DNA of 64,000 nucleotides from an uncultured Neglectibacter sp. (GTDB lineage: Bacteria > Bacillota > Clostridia > Oscillospirales > Acutalibacteraceae), in assembly GCA_947647615.1 (NCBI GenBank), contig CANSKS010000001.1:26441-90440 (forward strand), written 5' to 3'. The position numbers and the translations under genes are program-made. The notes beneath the pieces are model-generated. The model saw only the letters and a program-made list of their open reading frames with translations, searched no databases and was not told where the DNA came from. Below are positions 1 to 10,100 of this stretch, in pieces. Position 1 is the stretch's first letter, and each line of letters opens with the position of its first letter.

Positions 1-89
1 GATTGTAACAGAACAAAACTTTCACGTCAAGGGTACTCCGAGTACGGGAATTTCCCGCCTCCGGAGAATAGAAAAAGAAAGGCGAGCGT

Positions 90-1088
90 ATGAAGGAAAA
101 ACTCTATATTATCACCGGCGCCAACGGCCATTTGGCGAGCACGATCATTCGCTATTTGAAGCGGGAAGCCTGTTTCGTGCGCGGCCTTATTCTTCCTCAG
201 GAAGAAAACCAAAACAGTGGCAATGTCACTTACTATAGGGGCGACGTCACTGCGCCGGAAACCCTCAAGGAAATATTTTCCGGCCTGGAACCTTACGATG
301 TCACCGTGATTCATGCCGCCGGCCTGATTTCTATTGGAAATAAGGTTACCGACCCCCTATACCGGGTAAATGTGGAGGGCACGAAAAATGTGATTGCCCT
401 TTGTAAACAGTATGCCGTTCAAAGGCTTTTATATATCAGTTCTGTTCACGCTATCAGCGAAAGCGACCATATCAGCGTGATCAAAGAAGTCTCCTCCTTT
501 TCCAAGGAAGACGTTATAGGCGCCTACGCCAGCACAAAGGCAGAGGCCACCCAGGCCGTTATGGACGCGGCAAAAGAAGGGCTTGACGCCATTATTGTCC
601 ACCCTTCCGGTATTATTGGTCCCTTTGACAACGGCCGCAACCACATTACACAGTTCATTCAGCTTTATCTATCCGGCAAGCTTCCTGGAGGCGTTACCGG
701 CGGGTACGATTTCGTAGATGTGCGGGATGTGGCCTTAGGCTGCCTTTCCGCAGCGAAAAACGGCAAAAAGGGAGATTGCTACATCCTTTCCAACCGCTAC
801 TTCACCATAAAGGACCTGTTGGAATACATGCGGGTGGCTACAAACGGAAAAAGGAAGATCTGCTTCCCGCTAAAAATGGTTCGAATGCTGGCCCCATTGT
901 TTGAGCTTGCCGGAAAATTGAGAAAAAAGCGCCCTTTGTTTACCCGATATTCCCTTTATACCATGTCCGCCAACGGCCGCTTTTCCCACGACAAGGCCAC
1001 TATGGAGCTGGGATATTCTCCCAGGGATATGAAAGACACCATTCGGGACACCATCGCCTATTTGCGCACGGGGAAGGCCTTTGTTTGA
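90..1088 (+). CDS. NAD(P)-dependent epimerase/dehydratase family protein (extended SDR)
   Basis: 332-aa ORF. N-terminal Rossmann glycine motif 'ITGANGHLAS' and SDR catalytic 'YASTK' (YxxxK). A hairpin terminator follows ~45 nt downstream. Confidence 0.8.
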   Translation: MKEKLYIITGANGHLASTIIRYLKREACFVRGLILPQEENQNSGNVTYYRGDVTAPETLKEIFSGLEPYDVTVIHAAGLISIGNKVTDPLYRVNVEGTKNVIALCKQYAVQRLLYISSVHAISESDHISVIKEVSSFSKEDVIGAYASTKAEATQAVMDAAKEGLDAIIVHPSGIIGPFDNGRNHITQFIQLYLSGKLPGGVTGGYDFVDVRDVALGCLSAAKNGKKGDCYILSNRYFTIKDLLEYMRVATNGKRKICFPLKMVRMLAPLFELAGKLRKKRPLFTRYSLYTMSANGRFSHDKATMELGYSPRDMKDTIRDTIAYLRTGKAFV

Positions 1089-1134
1089 AGTTTCTCCGAC
1101 AAAACAAGAAGTATCCCTCCCCCAAAAAACCGTA

Positions 1135-1166
1135 CCGGGAAAGAAGCCTTTCCCGGCATGTTTTTT
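1135..1166. terminator. Bidirectional rho-independent terminator between convergent genes
   Basis: Stem CCGGGAAAG (1135-1143) / CTTTCCCGG (1148-1156) with loop AAGC. An A-run lies upstream (1124-1129) and a T-run downstream (1161-1166). Confidence 0.6.
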
Positions 1167-1172
1167 GCCCAA

Positions 1173-1334
1173 TTAATGTTTTTTCCGGTTTTCCTGTTTT
1201 ATTTTTCGTTTTTCCCTTTGCCGCTCTACCCATTCCCCATAAGGCTCGCTGAGCAAAAACAGCCGCAGGAAAAATCCAACCAAAACTACCGCCAATACCA
1301 CTGCAAAAAGGCCCAACCAAAAAAACAAACCCAT
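1173..1334 (-). CDS. 53-aa small membrane peptide (below the ORF-track cutoff)
   Basis: Hand translation of the minus strand gives MGLFFWLGLFAVVLAVVLVGFFLRLFLLSEPYGEWVERQREKRKIKQENRKKH. It has one hydrophobic helix and a basic tail. A strong SD (GGAAGTGGGGGGAG) sits just upstream of ATG 1334, immediately after the stop of the wHTH gene. Confidence 0.4.
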   Translation of the reverse strand: MGLFFWLGLFAVVLAVVLVGFFLRLFLLSEPYGEWVERQREKRKIKQENRKKH

Positions 1335-1354
1335 TACTCCCCCCACTTCCTTTT

Positions 1355-1750
1355 CTAAAATGAAACGCCGGCTTCTGCTTCGGATTTTAAAGCATCCTTT
1401 TTACAGGGCCTCACGCCCCCTCTTGGAAGCCTGGGCTTTTTTCGGCCTGGCTCCAGCCGGTAACCCACTCCCCTTACCGTGACAATGCAGTCTCCAAAGC
1501 CGCCTAAATGGCGGCGAAGCTTTTTTACATGGGAATCTACCGTTCGGGTGACACTTCCAGGAACATAATCCCACACGTTTTGAAGCAGGGTTTCCCGGGA
1601 AAGGGTTTCATTGGGCCGTTCCATGAAAAAAACTAGGAGCCTCCGCTCCATAGGGGTAATTTCTATGGCTTTCCCATTCAGTTTCGCCTCTGTCTCCGTA
1701 CAGAAAAGTTTTGTGTCGCGCAATAGGGTTTCTGCCATGTTAATCGCCAT
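1355..1750 (-). CDS. Stand-alone OmpR/PhoB-type winged-helix DNA-binding protein (no receiver domain)
   Basis: 131 aa. 'ITPMERRLLVFFMERPNETLSRETLLQNVWDY..TRTVDSHVKKLRRHL......VRGVGYRL' parallels the C-terminal effector domain of the response regulator at 2113-2796. No receiver-domain Asp pocket is present. Confidence 0.7.
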   Translation of the reverse strand: MAINMAETLLRDTKLFCTETEAKLNGKAIEITPMERRLLVFFMERPNETLSRETLLQNVWDYVPGSVTRTVDSHVKKLRRHLGGFGDCIVTVRGVGYRLEPGRKKPRLPRGGVRPCKKDALKSEAEAGVSF

Positions 1751-2112
1751 GCGATACAGACTTCACACGAAAGCCTGGAAAACCAAGTCTCCTGCGGCCA
1801 GTATCGTTCCTTTCTTTTTATTTTTATGCTGTGCTGTCTTAGTGTTTCTCTACTATAGAGAGACCCTTTCCACTTTTCCTTTCCTCCTGCTTTCCAAAGG
1901 TTCGGGCCTGCCTTCTACGGCCTTTGCAGGAAATTTTCTAACAGGATAATTATAGAAGGAACTTGTGAGAAATTTGTGAAAAAAGCCGCACAGTTCTGTG
2001 AGATTTCTTTTTGCGCTCTTTTTTCCTGGGAAATTCATGCTATACTAGCATTACGGCACTGTTTCTTCCCAGAAAGGGAGTTCGGGGCCTACAGGGAAAG
2101 GAGAACCTCTTC

Positions 2113-2796
2113 GTGAAACGAATGCTTATTGTAGACGACGACCCCCATTTGCGGGCTTTGGTAAAGACCTATGCGGAACTGGAGGATTTTTCCTGTGTCG
2201 AAGCGGAAAACAGCCAACAGGCCTTGGAGTCTGCCGCAAACACGGAGTTTTCCATTATGATATTGGATGTGATGATGCCGGGGAAAGACGGCTTTGAGAC
2301 TCTGGCCGAGCTTCGGAAATTCACCCAGGTGCCGGTGATTATGCTCACCGCAAGAAAAGAAGAATACGACAAGCTTCTGGGCTTTAACCTGGGGGCCGAC
2401 GATTACCTGGCAAAGCCCTTTAGTCCCAAGGAGCTGATGGCTCGAGTAAAGGCCGTTTTAAAGCGGGGAAGTTCCCTTTCGGAAGGCCGCTTGAAATTCG
2501 GTTCCTTGGAAATTTTAGCGCCTTCCCGGGAAGCGTTGGTAGACGGGCGTCCCCTTTCTCTTACGCCCCTGGAGTTCGACCTGCTGTTGTTCTTGGCCAG
2601 AAACAACCGTATTGTAATGGACCGTGATACCATTTTACGGAAGGTATGGGGCTATAACTACCTGGGAGATACCCGCACGGTAGACACACACATCAAATCC
2701 TTACGGGAGCGGCTGGGGCCCATGCGCAAGCTTATTACAACCGTTTGGGGAGTGGGGTATAAATTCCATTATGAAAATGATGAAACGGCTCCTTAA
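2113..2796 (+). CDS. OmpR-family response regulator
   Basis: Receiver motifs 'MLIVDDDP', 'ILDVMMPGKDG' and 'AKPF', plus a wHTH ending 'TVWGVGYKF'. The ORF track starts at 2011, but SD GGGAAAGGAG lies 9 nt before GTG 2113 (ATG 2122 is the alternative). Confidence 0.9.
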   Translation: MKRMLIVDDDPHLRALVKTYAELEDFSCVEAENSQQALESAANTEFSIMILDVMMPGKDGFETLAELRKFTQVPVIMLTARKEEYDKLLGFNLGADDYLAKPFSPKELMARVKAVLKRGSSLSEGRLKFGSLEILAPSREALVDGRPLSLTPLEFDLLLFLARNNRIVMDRDTILRKVWGYNYLGDTRTVDTHIKSLRERLGPMRKLITTVWGVGYKFHYENDETAP

Positions 2797-4210
2797 CTTC
2801 TTTCAAAGCAGGCTGGTGCTTCGGCTTTGGGGCGTTTTTATGCTGCTGGCCGGGTTGATCATCTCTTTTCTTTGGGTAGTACAAATTTGGCTTTTCGAAC
2901 CCAATTATGTAGATGCCACCATCTCTGACCTGAGCTCCCGCACTCAGGATGCCATTTCAGAGCTGGAAGAGCTGGAAGAAATTGACCCCCGGAATAACGA
3001 TAACCCCCTTTATTACCTGAGCAAAAGTATTCGGGGCAAGGTTTTCCTGGTAGACGAGGCTGGAAAAGTACTTTTTGCCTATAACCGGGCTCTCATCACA
3101 AACCGGAAAGAGATTAAGACCGATAAAAAGCTTTTTGTAGAGAAAAACTATGAGGGCGTGGTTGCAGGCACCCCCTTGGGCATTTCCTACCTTTCGGAGT
3201 ACGGCAACCCTATTATTGTCATAGGGAAGCCCACTGTTTACCGCGAAAGGCCTGCTGCGGTAATTTTATTTCACAACGTGACGGAACTGCAGGCCTTGAC
3301 AGAGCTCAACCGCCGCCAGCTGCTCATTGTAAGCGCCGGGCTCGTTTTGGCGGTGTCGCTGGTTTCTTTTTTCCTGGCCCAAACCTTTACAAAGCCTATT
3401 TTCTGCATCGAGGAAACCGTGCGTCAGCTGGCGAAGGGAGATTTTACTGCTGTTCCCAATGTCTGCCGGAAAGACGAGCTGGGCAGCCTTTCCGATTCGG
3501 TAAAACTGCTTTCCGAAGAGCTGCAGCGCATTGACATCCTGCGCAAGGAGGTAATTGCCAATGTTTCCCACGAGCTGCGCTCCCCGCTGGCACTTATCAC
3601 CGGGTATGGGGAAATGGTGCGAGATGTGAACGGTTCCAACGAAGAGCTGCGGAACCGGAACATGGATCTCATCATTCGGGAGGCAAACCGGCTTTCCGAA
3701 ATGGTAGACGATATTATGGACTACTCCCAGCTGCAGGCCGGCTACTCCCAGCTAAAGCTGGATACCTATAACCTTTGTGAAGTGGTGGAATCTTCCGTAG
3801 ATTACGCCCGGGAAGCCGCCAAGCAATACCAAATCCGCGTGGAGTACCAAAGCGGCGGCACGGAGATTCCCCTGGAAATGGACGCCTTGAAAATGACCCA
3901 GGTGCTGCGGAACCTGCTGAACAACGCCATTAACCACACAGAAAACGGCGGGACCATTCGGGTAAAGATTTTGCCGGAAAGCCAAGAAGGCGGCGTTACC
4001 GTGCAGGTGATTAACCCGGGCGCCCCCATCCCGCCGGAAGAGGCCCGGCTCATTTGGGAACGCTACAAGCGCATCCAGCACCAAGGGGAACGGCGAGAGG
4101 GCACCGGGATTGGCCTTGCCATTGTAAAGACCATCTTAGAAGCCCACGGCATGGAATATGGCGTCACCTCCACAGAAAACACCAACTGCTTTTGGTTCCG
4201 GTTTTCCTAA
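2771..4210 (+). CDS. Sensor histidine kinase (TM-sensor-HAMP-HisKA-HATPase)
   Basis: H-box 'NVSHELRSPLALI', N-box 'LRNLLNNAINHT', G-box 'GTGIGLAIV', and two hydrophobic segments. Overlaps the response-regulator gene by 26 nt. Confidence 0.9.
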   Translation: MKMMKRLLNFFQSRLVLRLWGVFMLLAGLIISFLWVVQIWLFEPNYVDATISDLSSRTQDAISELEELEEIDPRNNDNPLYYLSKSIRGKVFLVDEAGKVLFAYNRALITNRKEIKTDKKLFVEKNYEGVVAGTPLGISYLSEYGNPIIVIGKPTVYRERPAAVILFHNVTELQALTELNRRQLLIVSAGLVLAVSLVSFFLAQTFTKPIFCIEETVRQLAKGDFTAVPNVCRKDELGSLSDSVKLLSEELQRIDILRKEVIANVSHELRSPLALITGYGEMVRDVNGSNEELRNRNMDLIIREANRLSEMVDDIMDYSQLQAGYSQLKLDTYNLCEVVESSVDYAREAAKQYQIRVEYQSGGTEIPLEMDALKMTQVLRNLLNNAINHTENGGTIRVKILPESQEGGVTVQVINPGAPIPPEEARLIWERYKRIQHQGERREGTGIGLAIVKTILEAHGMEYGVTSTENTNCFWFRFS

Positions 4211-4312
4211 GGCCCAAAAAACCGGAGCAGAGCGGCGCAGTATGCCACAAATTAAAAAACCAGCCGGTTCCCTTAAAACGGGAACCGGCTGGCTCATTTT
4301 TGTAAATTCAGG

Positions 4313-7132
4313 TTACAGGGTAAGGGCCCGGTGAATGACCACGGCCATTTCGGCCCGGGTGATGGAGCTTTTGGGCTTGAGGTTCTGGCCGCTGCCCTGC
4401 ACAACGCCCACTTCTACCAAAGAAGCCACCGCGCTTTCCGCGTAGCGGTCTACCTGGGCGTAATCGGAAAATTTCTTCAGGACGTTAAAGGAGCCCACGG
4501 GCAGCTCGTAGCCGGCCTGTTTCATGGCCCGGTACAGCATGAGCATGGCGTCCTGGCGGTTAATGCTGTTTTCGGGGCGGAAGCGGCCGGTGTCGTCACC
4601 GGTGACGATGCCCAGGCTTTTGGCGGTAGCCACGGCCCCGGCATAATAGTCGCTTGCGGAGACATCGGGGAAGCTGGCGTTTTTATTGGTGGTATCGAAC
4701 CCAAGGGCCCGGCACACCATGAGGGTAAAATCGCCGCGCTTAATCGGCGACGCAGGGCTGTAGCGGTTGGGGCTTACGCCGTTTACCACACCGGAGTTAT
4801 ACAGGAACTCCACAGAGCCCTGGGCCCAGGCATAATTTCCCAGGTCACTAAACTGGCTGGACCAGTAGTTGTTGGTCACAGAAAGGACCACTGTGCCGGA
4901 AAATTCTTTCCCGGTTTTTGTCTCCCCTACAAAGGGGATAGACACCCGGCCCTGGAAATTGGGCTTTGCCACAAACTGGACAGCATCCAGCGCAGGCTGG
5001 TCCTTTTCCCCACACTTTGTTTCGGTGGTAATGGGCTTTGCTCCCACACCGGTACCCACGTAGCCGGTATACAGGCGACCCTGGCTTTCCCGGGGCAGGC
5101 TTGTGAACCGCACGAAGGCCAGCTCGGCTTTTTCGTCTTTGGTTTCATAGCGGCAGGTATCGAGAAAATCTGCCTCCCAGAAGGAAATGGGCAGGGCGTT
5201 CCCGGAATAGTTGATGGAAGAGCCTACGGGGATCTCTACCTTAATTTCTATTTTGCCCTCTATGGGGGCCGATTTATCGCTGTAGCCCGTAAAGGACAGG
5301 GTCACGGTTTCCTCGCTGCCGGTATCGGGAATAAAGGTAAGGTCTCCAATGCCGGGCGTGCCGTTTTTATAATAGTTCACATTGGGGGCTACCAGATCTT
5401 CCTGGGGCGTGTCGTATTTATAATACAGGCTCCCCTGGGTGATGGGGGCGAAGTTCACATAGAGCACGTCGCCCTTGTTTTCCCCTGCCAGTTTAAAATC
5501 GGCAGCATTGAACTTGACGCCCTGGCTGCTGGTAACCGTATATTTCACAGTGGGCAGGCTTTCGGGCTGGTTGCCGGCCACGTTCACCGTGATTCGGCCG
5601 GAGTAGGAAAAGCCGCCGGAATCCCTGGCTACATAATAGATATATACCTTGCTGTCGCCCACCAGGTTTTCGGCGGGGAGGAAGGAAATTTTATCGATAG
5701 CCGGATCGCTCCAACGGTAATACTTGGTGTTTTCTTCTACGGCAATGGGGTAAACCGCCGAAGGGGAATAGTTATAGTAGAGCTTTCCCTGGCTTGCCGG
5801 AGGCAGCATAAAGCTGACGCTGCTCAAGGTACGGGCAGTCATGCGCTGGTACACCGCCGCGAAATCGGCAGCCTCGAAGCTCACCGGGGCCCCGGCGGCC
5901 GCGTCGTAGGAAACGTCGGAATCGATCTCCACCCGGATGCGCAGGGTGCCGGTGCAGGTAACGGAATCGTTGACACAGGCTGTGTAACGGATGGTGGCCA
6001 CACCGGAGAACCCGGCCTTGGGCACAAAGGTGATATCTCCCAACCCCCTTTGCCCCTGAGAGGGCTTCACATAGTAGGGCTCCGAACCAATGCCCTGGTT
6101 GGGGTTAGCGGCGGTGAGGTAGTTATAGAACAAGGTGCCCTGGTTGGGAGAAACCGACATGCTGCGCACATAGGCAATTTCCCGTTCTTCCCCCTGCAAA
6201 TTATACAAAACCTTTTCGCACTTTTCCTTGATTTGGGTAAGCAGGCTGCCCTCTTCAAAGGGCGCGGCATCGTCGAAATCTAGAGTCTGCTGGGTTTTGG
6301 GCATGGTGACATCGATGATCCGGGTGGTATCTTCTACCACCGTGATCTTACAGGAATCGCTGTAGCCGCCCAAGGTGGCGGTGATGGTGGCCTCGCCCAG
6401 GTTCTGGGTAATAATATTGCCGCTGGAGGCATAGGCCACAGAAGAGTTGTCGCTTTCCCATGTGGCAGAAGAAGCGTCTATACCTTCTTTAACTCCAAAA
6501 ACACTTAAAGTAAGAGGATGGCTCTCATTCCTTAACATTTTTCCTATTTCAATTTCGCCAAGCTCATTTTCAAGTTTTGGCAAATTCCCAATTAGGATTC
6601 CCTTTACTAAAATGTCACAAACCGATTCAGCCATAACTTCTTTTCCACCTATAGTAGCTTTGGCTGTAACGGTTACAATTGCTTTTCCGGGTTTTATACT
6701 TGTTAAAACATTGGCGGCCCCCGTTGCCGAAACAGTACCTTCGGCAAACTCCGCTACCATTTCATCTTCTTTTAACAGCCCTTCCATTGCCTCCGGCACA
6801 TTTTCACATTTCCATTCATAGGACACCTGTACATCAGAAGGCAACAGATCTTCCGGAACAGGATCACCATTGGCATACTTTCCAATTACCCTGGTAGTAG
6901 CCGTAAAATCTTGGGTATCTCCCGCTTTTTCAATGGCTACAATCGTATTAGAGGAAGGAGTGATCTGTAATTCCAATTCATAGTTCACAGACTGCTGTGG
7001 AGGATCCGGCTGTGGTGAGGGTTCCTCTGGATCTTCGGGCAATTCCTCTGCTAAGGCCGGAATGGCCATGGTAAAAACCATGGCCATTGCCAGCAGCAGA
7101 GAGAAAACCCGTAAAAAATATTGTTTTTTCAT
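4313..7132 (-). CDS. Large cell-surface protein with N-terminal signal peptide, Ig-like (Big_2-type) repeats and three C-terminal SLH domains
   Basis: 939 aa. Signal peptide 'LLLAMAMVFTMAIPALA'. Big_2-like 'SDNSSVAYASSGNIITQNLGEATITATLGG'. C-terminal SLH repeats 'FSDLGNYAWAQGSVEFL', 'FPDVSASDYYAGAVATA' and 'FSDYAQVDRYAESAVASL'. Confidence 0.85.
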   Translation of the reverse strand: MKKQYFLRVFSLLLAMAMVFTMAIPALAEELPEDPEEPSPQPDPPQQSVNYELELQITPSSNTIVAIEKAGDTQDFTATTRVIGKYANGDPVPEDLLPSDVQVSYEWKCENVPEAMEGLLKEDEMVAEFAEGTVSATGAANVLTSIKPGKAIVTVTAKATIGGKEVMAESVCDILVKGILIGNLPKLENELGEIEIGKMLRNESHPLTLSVFGVKEGIDASSATWESDNSSVAYASSGNIITQNLGEATITATLGGYSDSCKITVVEDTTRIIDVTMPKTQQTLDFDDAAPFEEGSLLTQIKEKCEKVLYNLQGEEREIAYVRSMSVSPNQGTLFYNYLTAANPNQGIGSEPYYVKPSQGQRGLGDITFVPKAGFSGVATIRYTACVNDSVTCTGTLRIRVEIDSDVSYDAAAGAPVSFEAADFAAVYQRMTARTLSSVSFMLPPASQGKLYYNYSPSAVYPIAVEENTKYYRWSDPAIDKISFLPAENLVGDSKVYIYYVARDSGGFSYSGRITVNVAGNQPESLPTVKYTVTSSQGVKFNAADFKLAGENKGDVLYVNFAPITQGSLYYKYDTPQEDLVAPNVNYYKNGTPGIGDLTFIPDTGSEETVTLSFTGYSDKSAPIEGKIEIKVEIPVGSSINYSGNALPISFWEADFLDTCRYETKDEKAELAFVRFTSLPRESQGRLYTGYVGTGVGAKPITTETKCGEKDQPALDAVQFVAKPNFQGRVSIPFVGETKTGKEFSGTVVLSVTNNYWSSQFSDLGNYAWAQGSVEFLYNSGVVNGVSPNRYSPASPIKRGDFTLMVCRALGFDTTNKNASFPDVSASDYYAGAVATAKSLGIVTGDDTGRFRPENSINRQDAMLMLYRAMKQAGYELPVGSFNVLKKFSDYAQVDRYAESAVASLVEVGVVQGSGQNLKPKSSITRAEMAVVIHRALTL

Positions 7133-7153
7133 GGGTTATACTCTCCTCACAAA

Positions 7154-10100
7154 TTATTCCCAAGTAAGCTCCCAATAGGGATCGGTATACGCCGAACCAG
7201 CCATGCCACCATTCTTTTTCAGGTGGAATGTCAACTTCAACTTTTTATTTTGCGTGTTGTTATTGGCATCACTAATCAGGCCGTCTGTAAAGAAGGTTAC
7301 CGTACTCCCTTCAGTTGCTCCGGTATAGGAAAACGTGATTTCTCTGCCAACTCTTACAGGTTTTATACCTAAATAGGTTCCGGTTGTACCCCAATGTTTC
7401 ACGATTTCCGCCGAATCCAAAGCCGTCAGTTCCCCACCATCCAAAAGCACATAAACGGGCTTTGAAAATCTTACAGAAACTTGGCCTTTGTATACATACG
7501 CCTCCGGATCTGCCTTCGACGAGGCAATAGGTACAATATATTTTCCCATATTTGCCGCTGTTGTTGCATCGTCTGAAGGCTCCAACTTCTTGACATAGGG
7601 GTCTACCGTAGGAGTCATTGATTCGACTTCGGGCGGTGTTCTATCGGGCTGTGTAATACCGCTTATCGCTTTATAGGCATATACCGATCCTTGGACATTT
7701 TTGGCTGCTGCAATGAAATAGTAGCTGGTACCAGGCTGCATTTTTGTACAAGTAACTCTGCGGGTAGTGCCTCGCACAAGCTCACCGTTTTCATTTAAGT
7801 CCGTCGTAGTATTTACGCGAATAATTTCCAGGTACCTACTCGCTCTTTCTGGATCTATACATCTATCAAATACAGACTGGTTAGTACCTGGATAATTAGT
7901 CATCAAGGCATCTATTACGAGAACTTTACTATCGTCAGGGAAAGTCTTTCCGCTTCCACAAATATTATTAAAATCCGTCATCTTATCTGTAGGTATGAGC
8001 TCTTTAAAGGCTCGCGTAAAGGCCGAGTCTAGCTTATCTCTTGCATAAAGGATCCAATAACCTTCAGAAGTAATGTCCTTAATTCCATCCGACGTAGTGG
8101 TAAAAGTATCCACTATTACAGAGGGGCTGGCATTCTCCAAATCAATATCTGGCGTTATCGCCTCTCCGGTTTTGAACTTGAGGCAATATACCCTGGAAAG
8201 CTCCTGAGCCTCGCCTTTCAAGACAAAATAGGCAACATAGTCTTTGCTTGCCTCCAAACCCTCTACGCGTTCGGAAATAACGGTAGTGTCTACTTCTACC
8301 TTTCCCGCCTTGATTCGCTGATTTCCAAAACGTCCCTGGAAAATAAACTGACTGGTGGGTGAACTTACTTGTTCTTCGTCAGGATCAAGCGTCGTTCCAT
8401 CCGCAGGAAGGCCATCAAACCAATCTTTGAACCCAACATTATTTGAGGGTACAGTTCCCAAAACAGGACGACCGGTTTGCGGATCATCCACAGGCGCCAG
8501 GGCATAGTAAACGGTGCCAGGACGATCTAACATTAAATCCATTGTGACAAAAGTATCGCCTTCTACAAATCTCGGATACGGTATATCAAACTGAGGAACA
8601 CGAGTGTCGGCAAACTGACAAAAAACGTTGAAATCTTTCGGATCTCCAACAGGCACCAGGCCATTTCCCGTTAATCCAAGGCCCAAAGCCCGATTCCAGT
8701 TATCTTCTGTAATGCTGTTCGCCCAGTTACTCATGACATGGGACAGTCCAGCGGGAACTCCTACATCAATCGTAACTTCTTCGCTCCAAGTAGTCCAGTC
8801 GGTTAAAGTCCCTATTCGGTTGATAGAGATTACATACTCGTAAGTGCAATCTTCTTTCAAACTACTAAGCCGTGGATATTTATTGTTGGCCTTTCCTACA
8901 CTTTGACCTACTTTTCGTCCGTTTTCTGTAGTATGGGTAAAGGTTCCCAATTTAGCCCAACCATGCGCGTCTGCCGTCAAACCTTCTGCCATTGGGTCTA
9001 CGACTTCATTACCCTTAGCATCCTTGACTTTTTGACGAGCATATACATCAAACTCTATGTTGCTGGTGGACCACAGATAAATATCGTAACTAACGGTATT
9101 TTCAACGTTAGCCGTAGAGGTCGGATGTATAGCAAAGCTCATGTCAACACGAACATCAACAGGACCGTCATTCTCTGCGATACCTTGCCCTTCTAAGTTC
9201 ACTTCTGCGAAGACAGTTGTGAATTTCGGCAAATTCGTGGGATTAGGACGAATCACATTGGCATTATTCGAAGTGTCGGCAATATTCGTCAGTTTGAAGT
9301 AATAAGTATTGCCACTTCCAAGCTTCACCGCTTCATCATAAGCAAAAGTACAGATGACTTTGCCATCCTTCATTTCGATGGTCACTTCATCATAATTCAC
9401 CCAGTGTCCAACCGGCTTTGCTTCTCCGGTCTTAATTACTGGAACCTGCTTATCGGGGAAACTACTAGCGTCCCACAAAGTAATATTATCCCGTAGTAAT
9501 TCCCCTAACCGAACCTTAAGCCTGTCTTTTTCTGTACCTGTAGCATTTTTGATCTGTTGGTACAGATCATAGAAAATTTCTCCGCTTTCGCTATCTTGAA
9601 CAGCTTCATCAAAAATCACGCGGATGTTGGTATCTGCCAAAGGCTCTGTACCTTCTTCATCGCTTGTACGGGTAAATTCCTGTGTCGCGGTAGGCGGAAC
9701 GGTATCCAAAGTATGAATCGTGATTTTCTTCACTTTATCGGAATAGTTCCCGGCGGTATCTTTGGCCACATAATATACATCATAACCCGTTTGCCCTTGT
9801 AGGCGATTAATATTTAACTTAGCGGGTTGATTGGCACGAACGCCATTCAAAGTGCCGCTAGATACCACATTCCCGCTGCCGTTTTCCACTTGGATTTTTG
9901 CAGCTATACTATCCAATGCAGGAGGCTCGGTTTGCCCTGCCATACGCGTGGGATAGGTCTCTCCCTGCTTTACAGCCACCCAATAAATCGTTCCATTTTC
10001 GTTCAAAGCGGTTTCTAAACCTACTGAATTCACTTGAATGGAAGTAGTAAGAGGGGGATCCTGGGTAAACACAGGGGGGGTGCCGTCGATGGTGGTGAAG

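Noticed and set aside
1158-1358. 66-aa plus-strand ORF (MFFAQLMFFPVFLF...) in the SDR-wHTH intergenic region.
   Set aside because: It starts inside the terminator hairpin and has no SD. The opposite strand carries a better-supported 53-codon ORF with a strong SD.
4331-6283. 650-aa plus-strand ORF opposite the 939-aa SLH protein gene.
   Set aside because: Its composition is low-complexity and Gly/Ala/His/Val-rich, with no SD and no recognisable motif. It lies entirely antisense to a gene with clear SLH and Ig-like domains. This is a typical shadow ORF of GC-rich coding DNA.
10026-10061. EcoRI (GAATTC) and BamHI (GGATCC) sites 25 nt apart, exactly at the GC-content step inside the large SLH gene. 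Considered as a possible cloning or assembly scar.
   Set aside because: The reading frame is continuous and encodes plausible Fn3-like sequence through the sites. No vector-like sequence is present. Two 6-mers in 64 kb can co-occur by chance.
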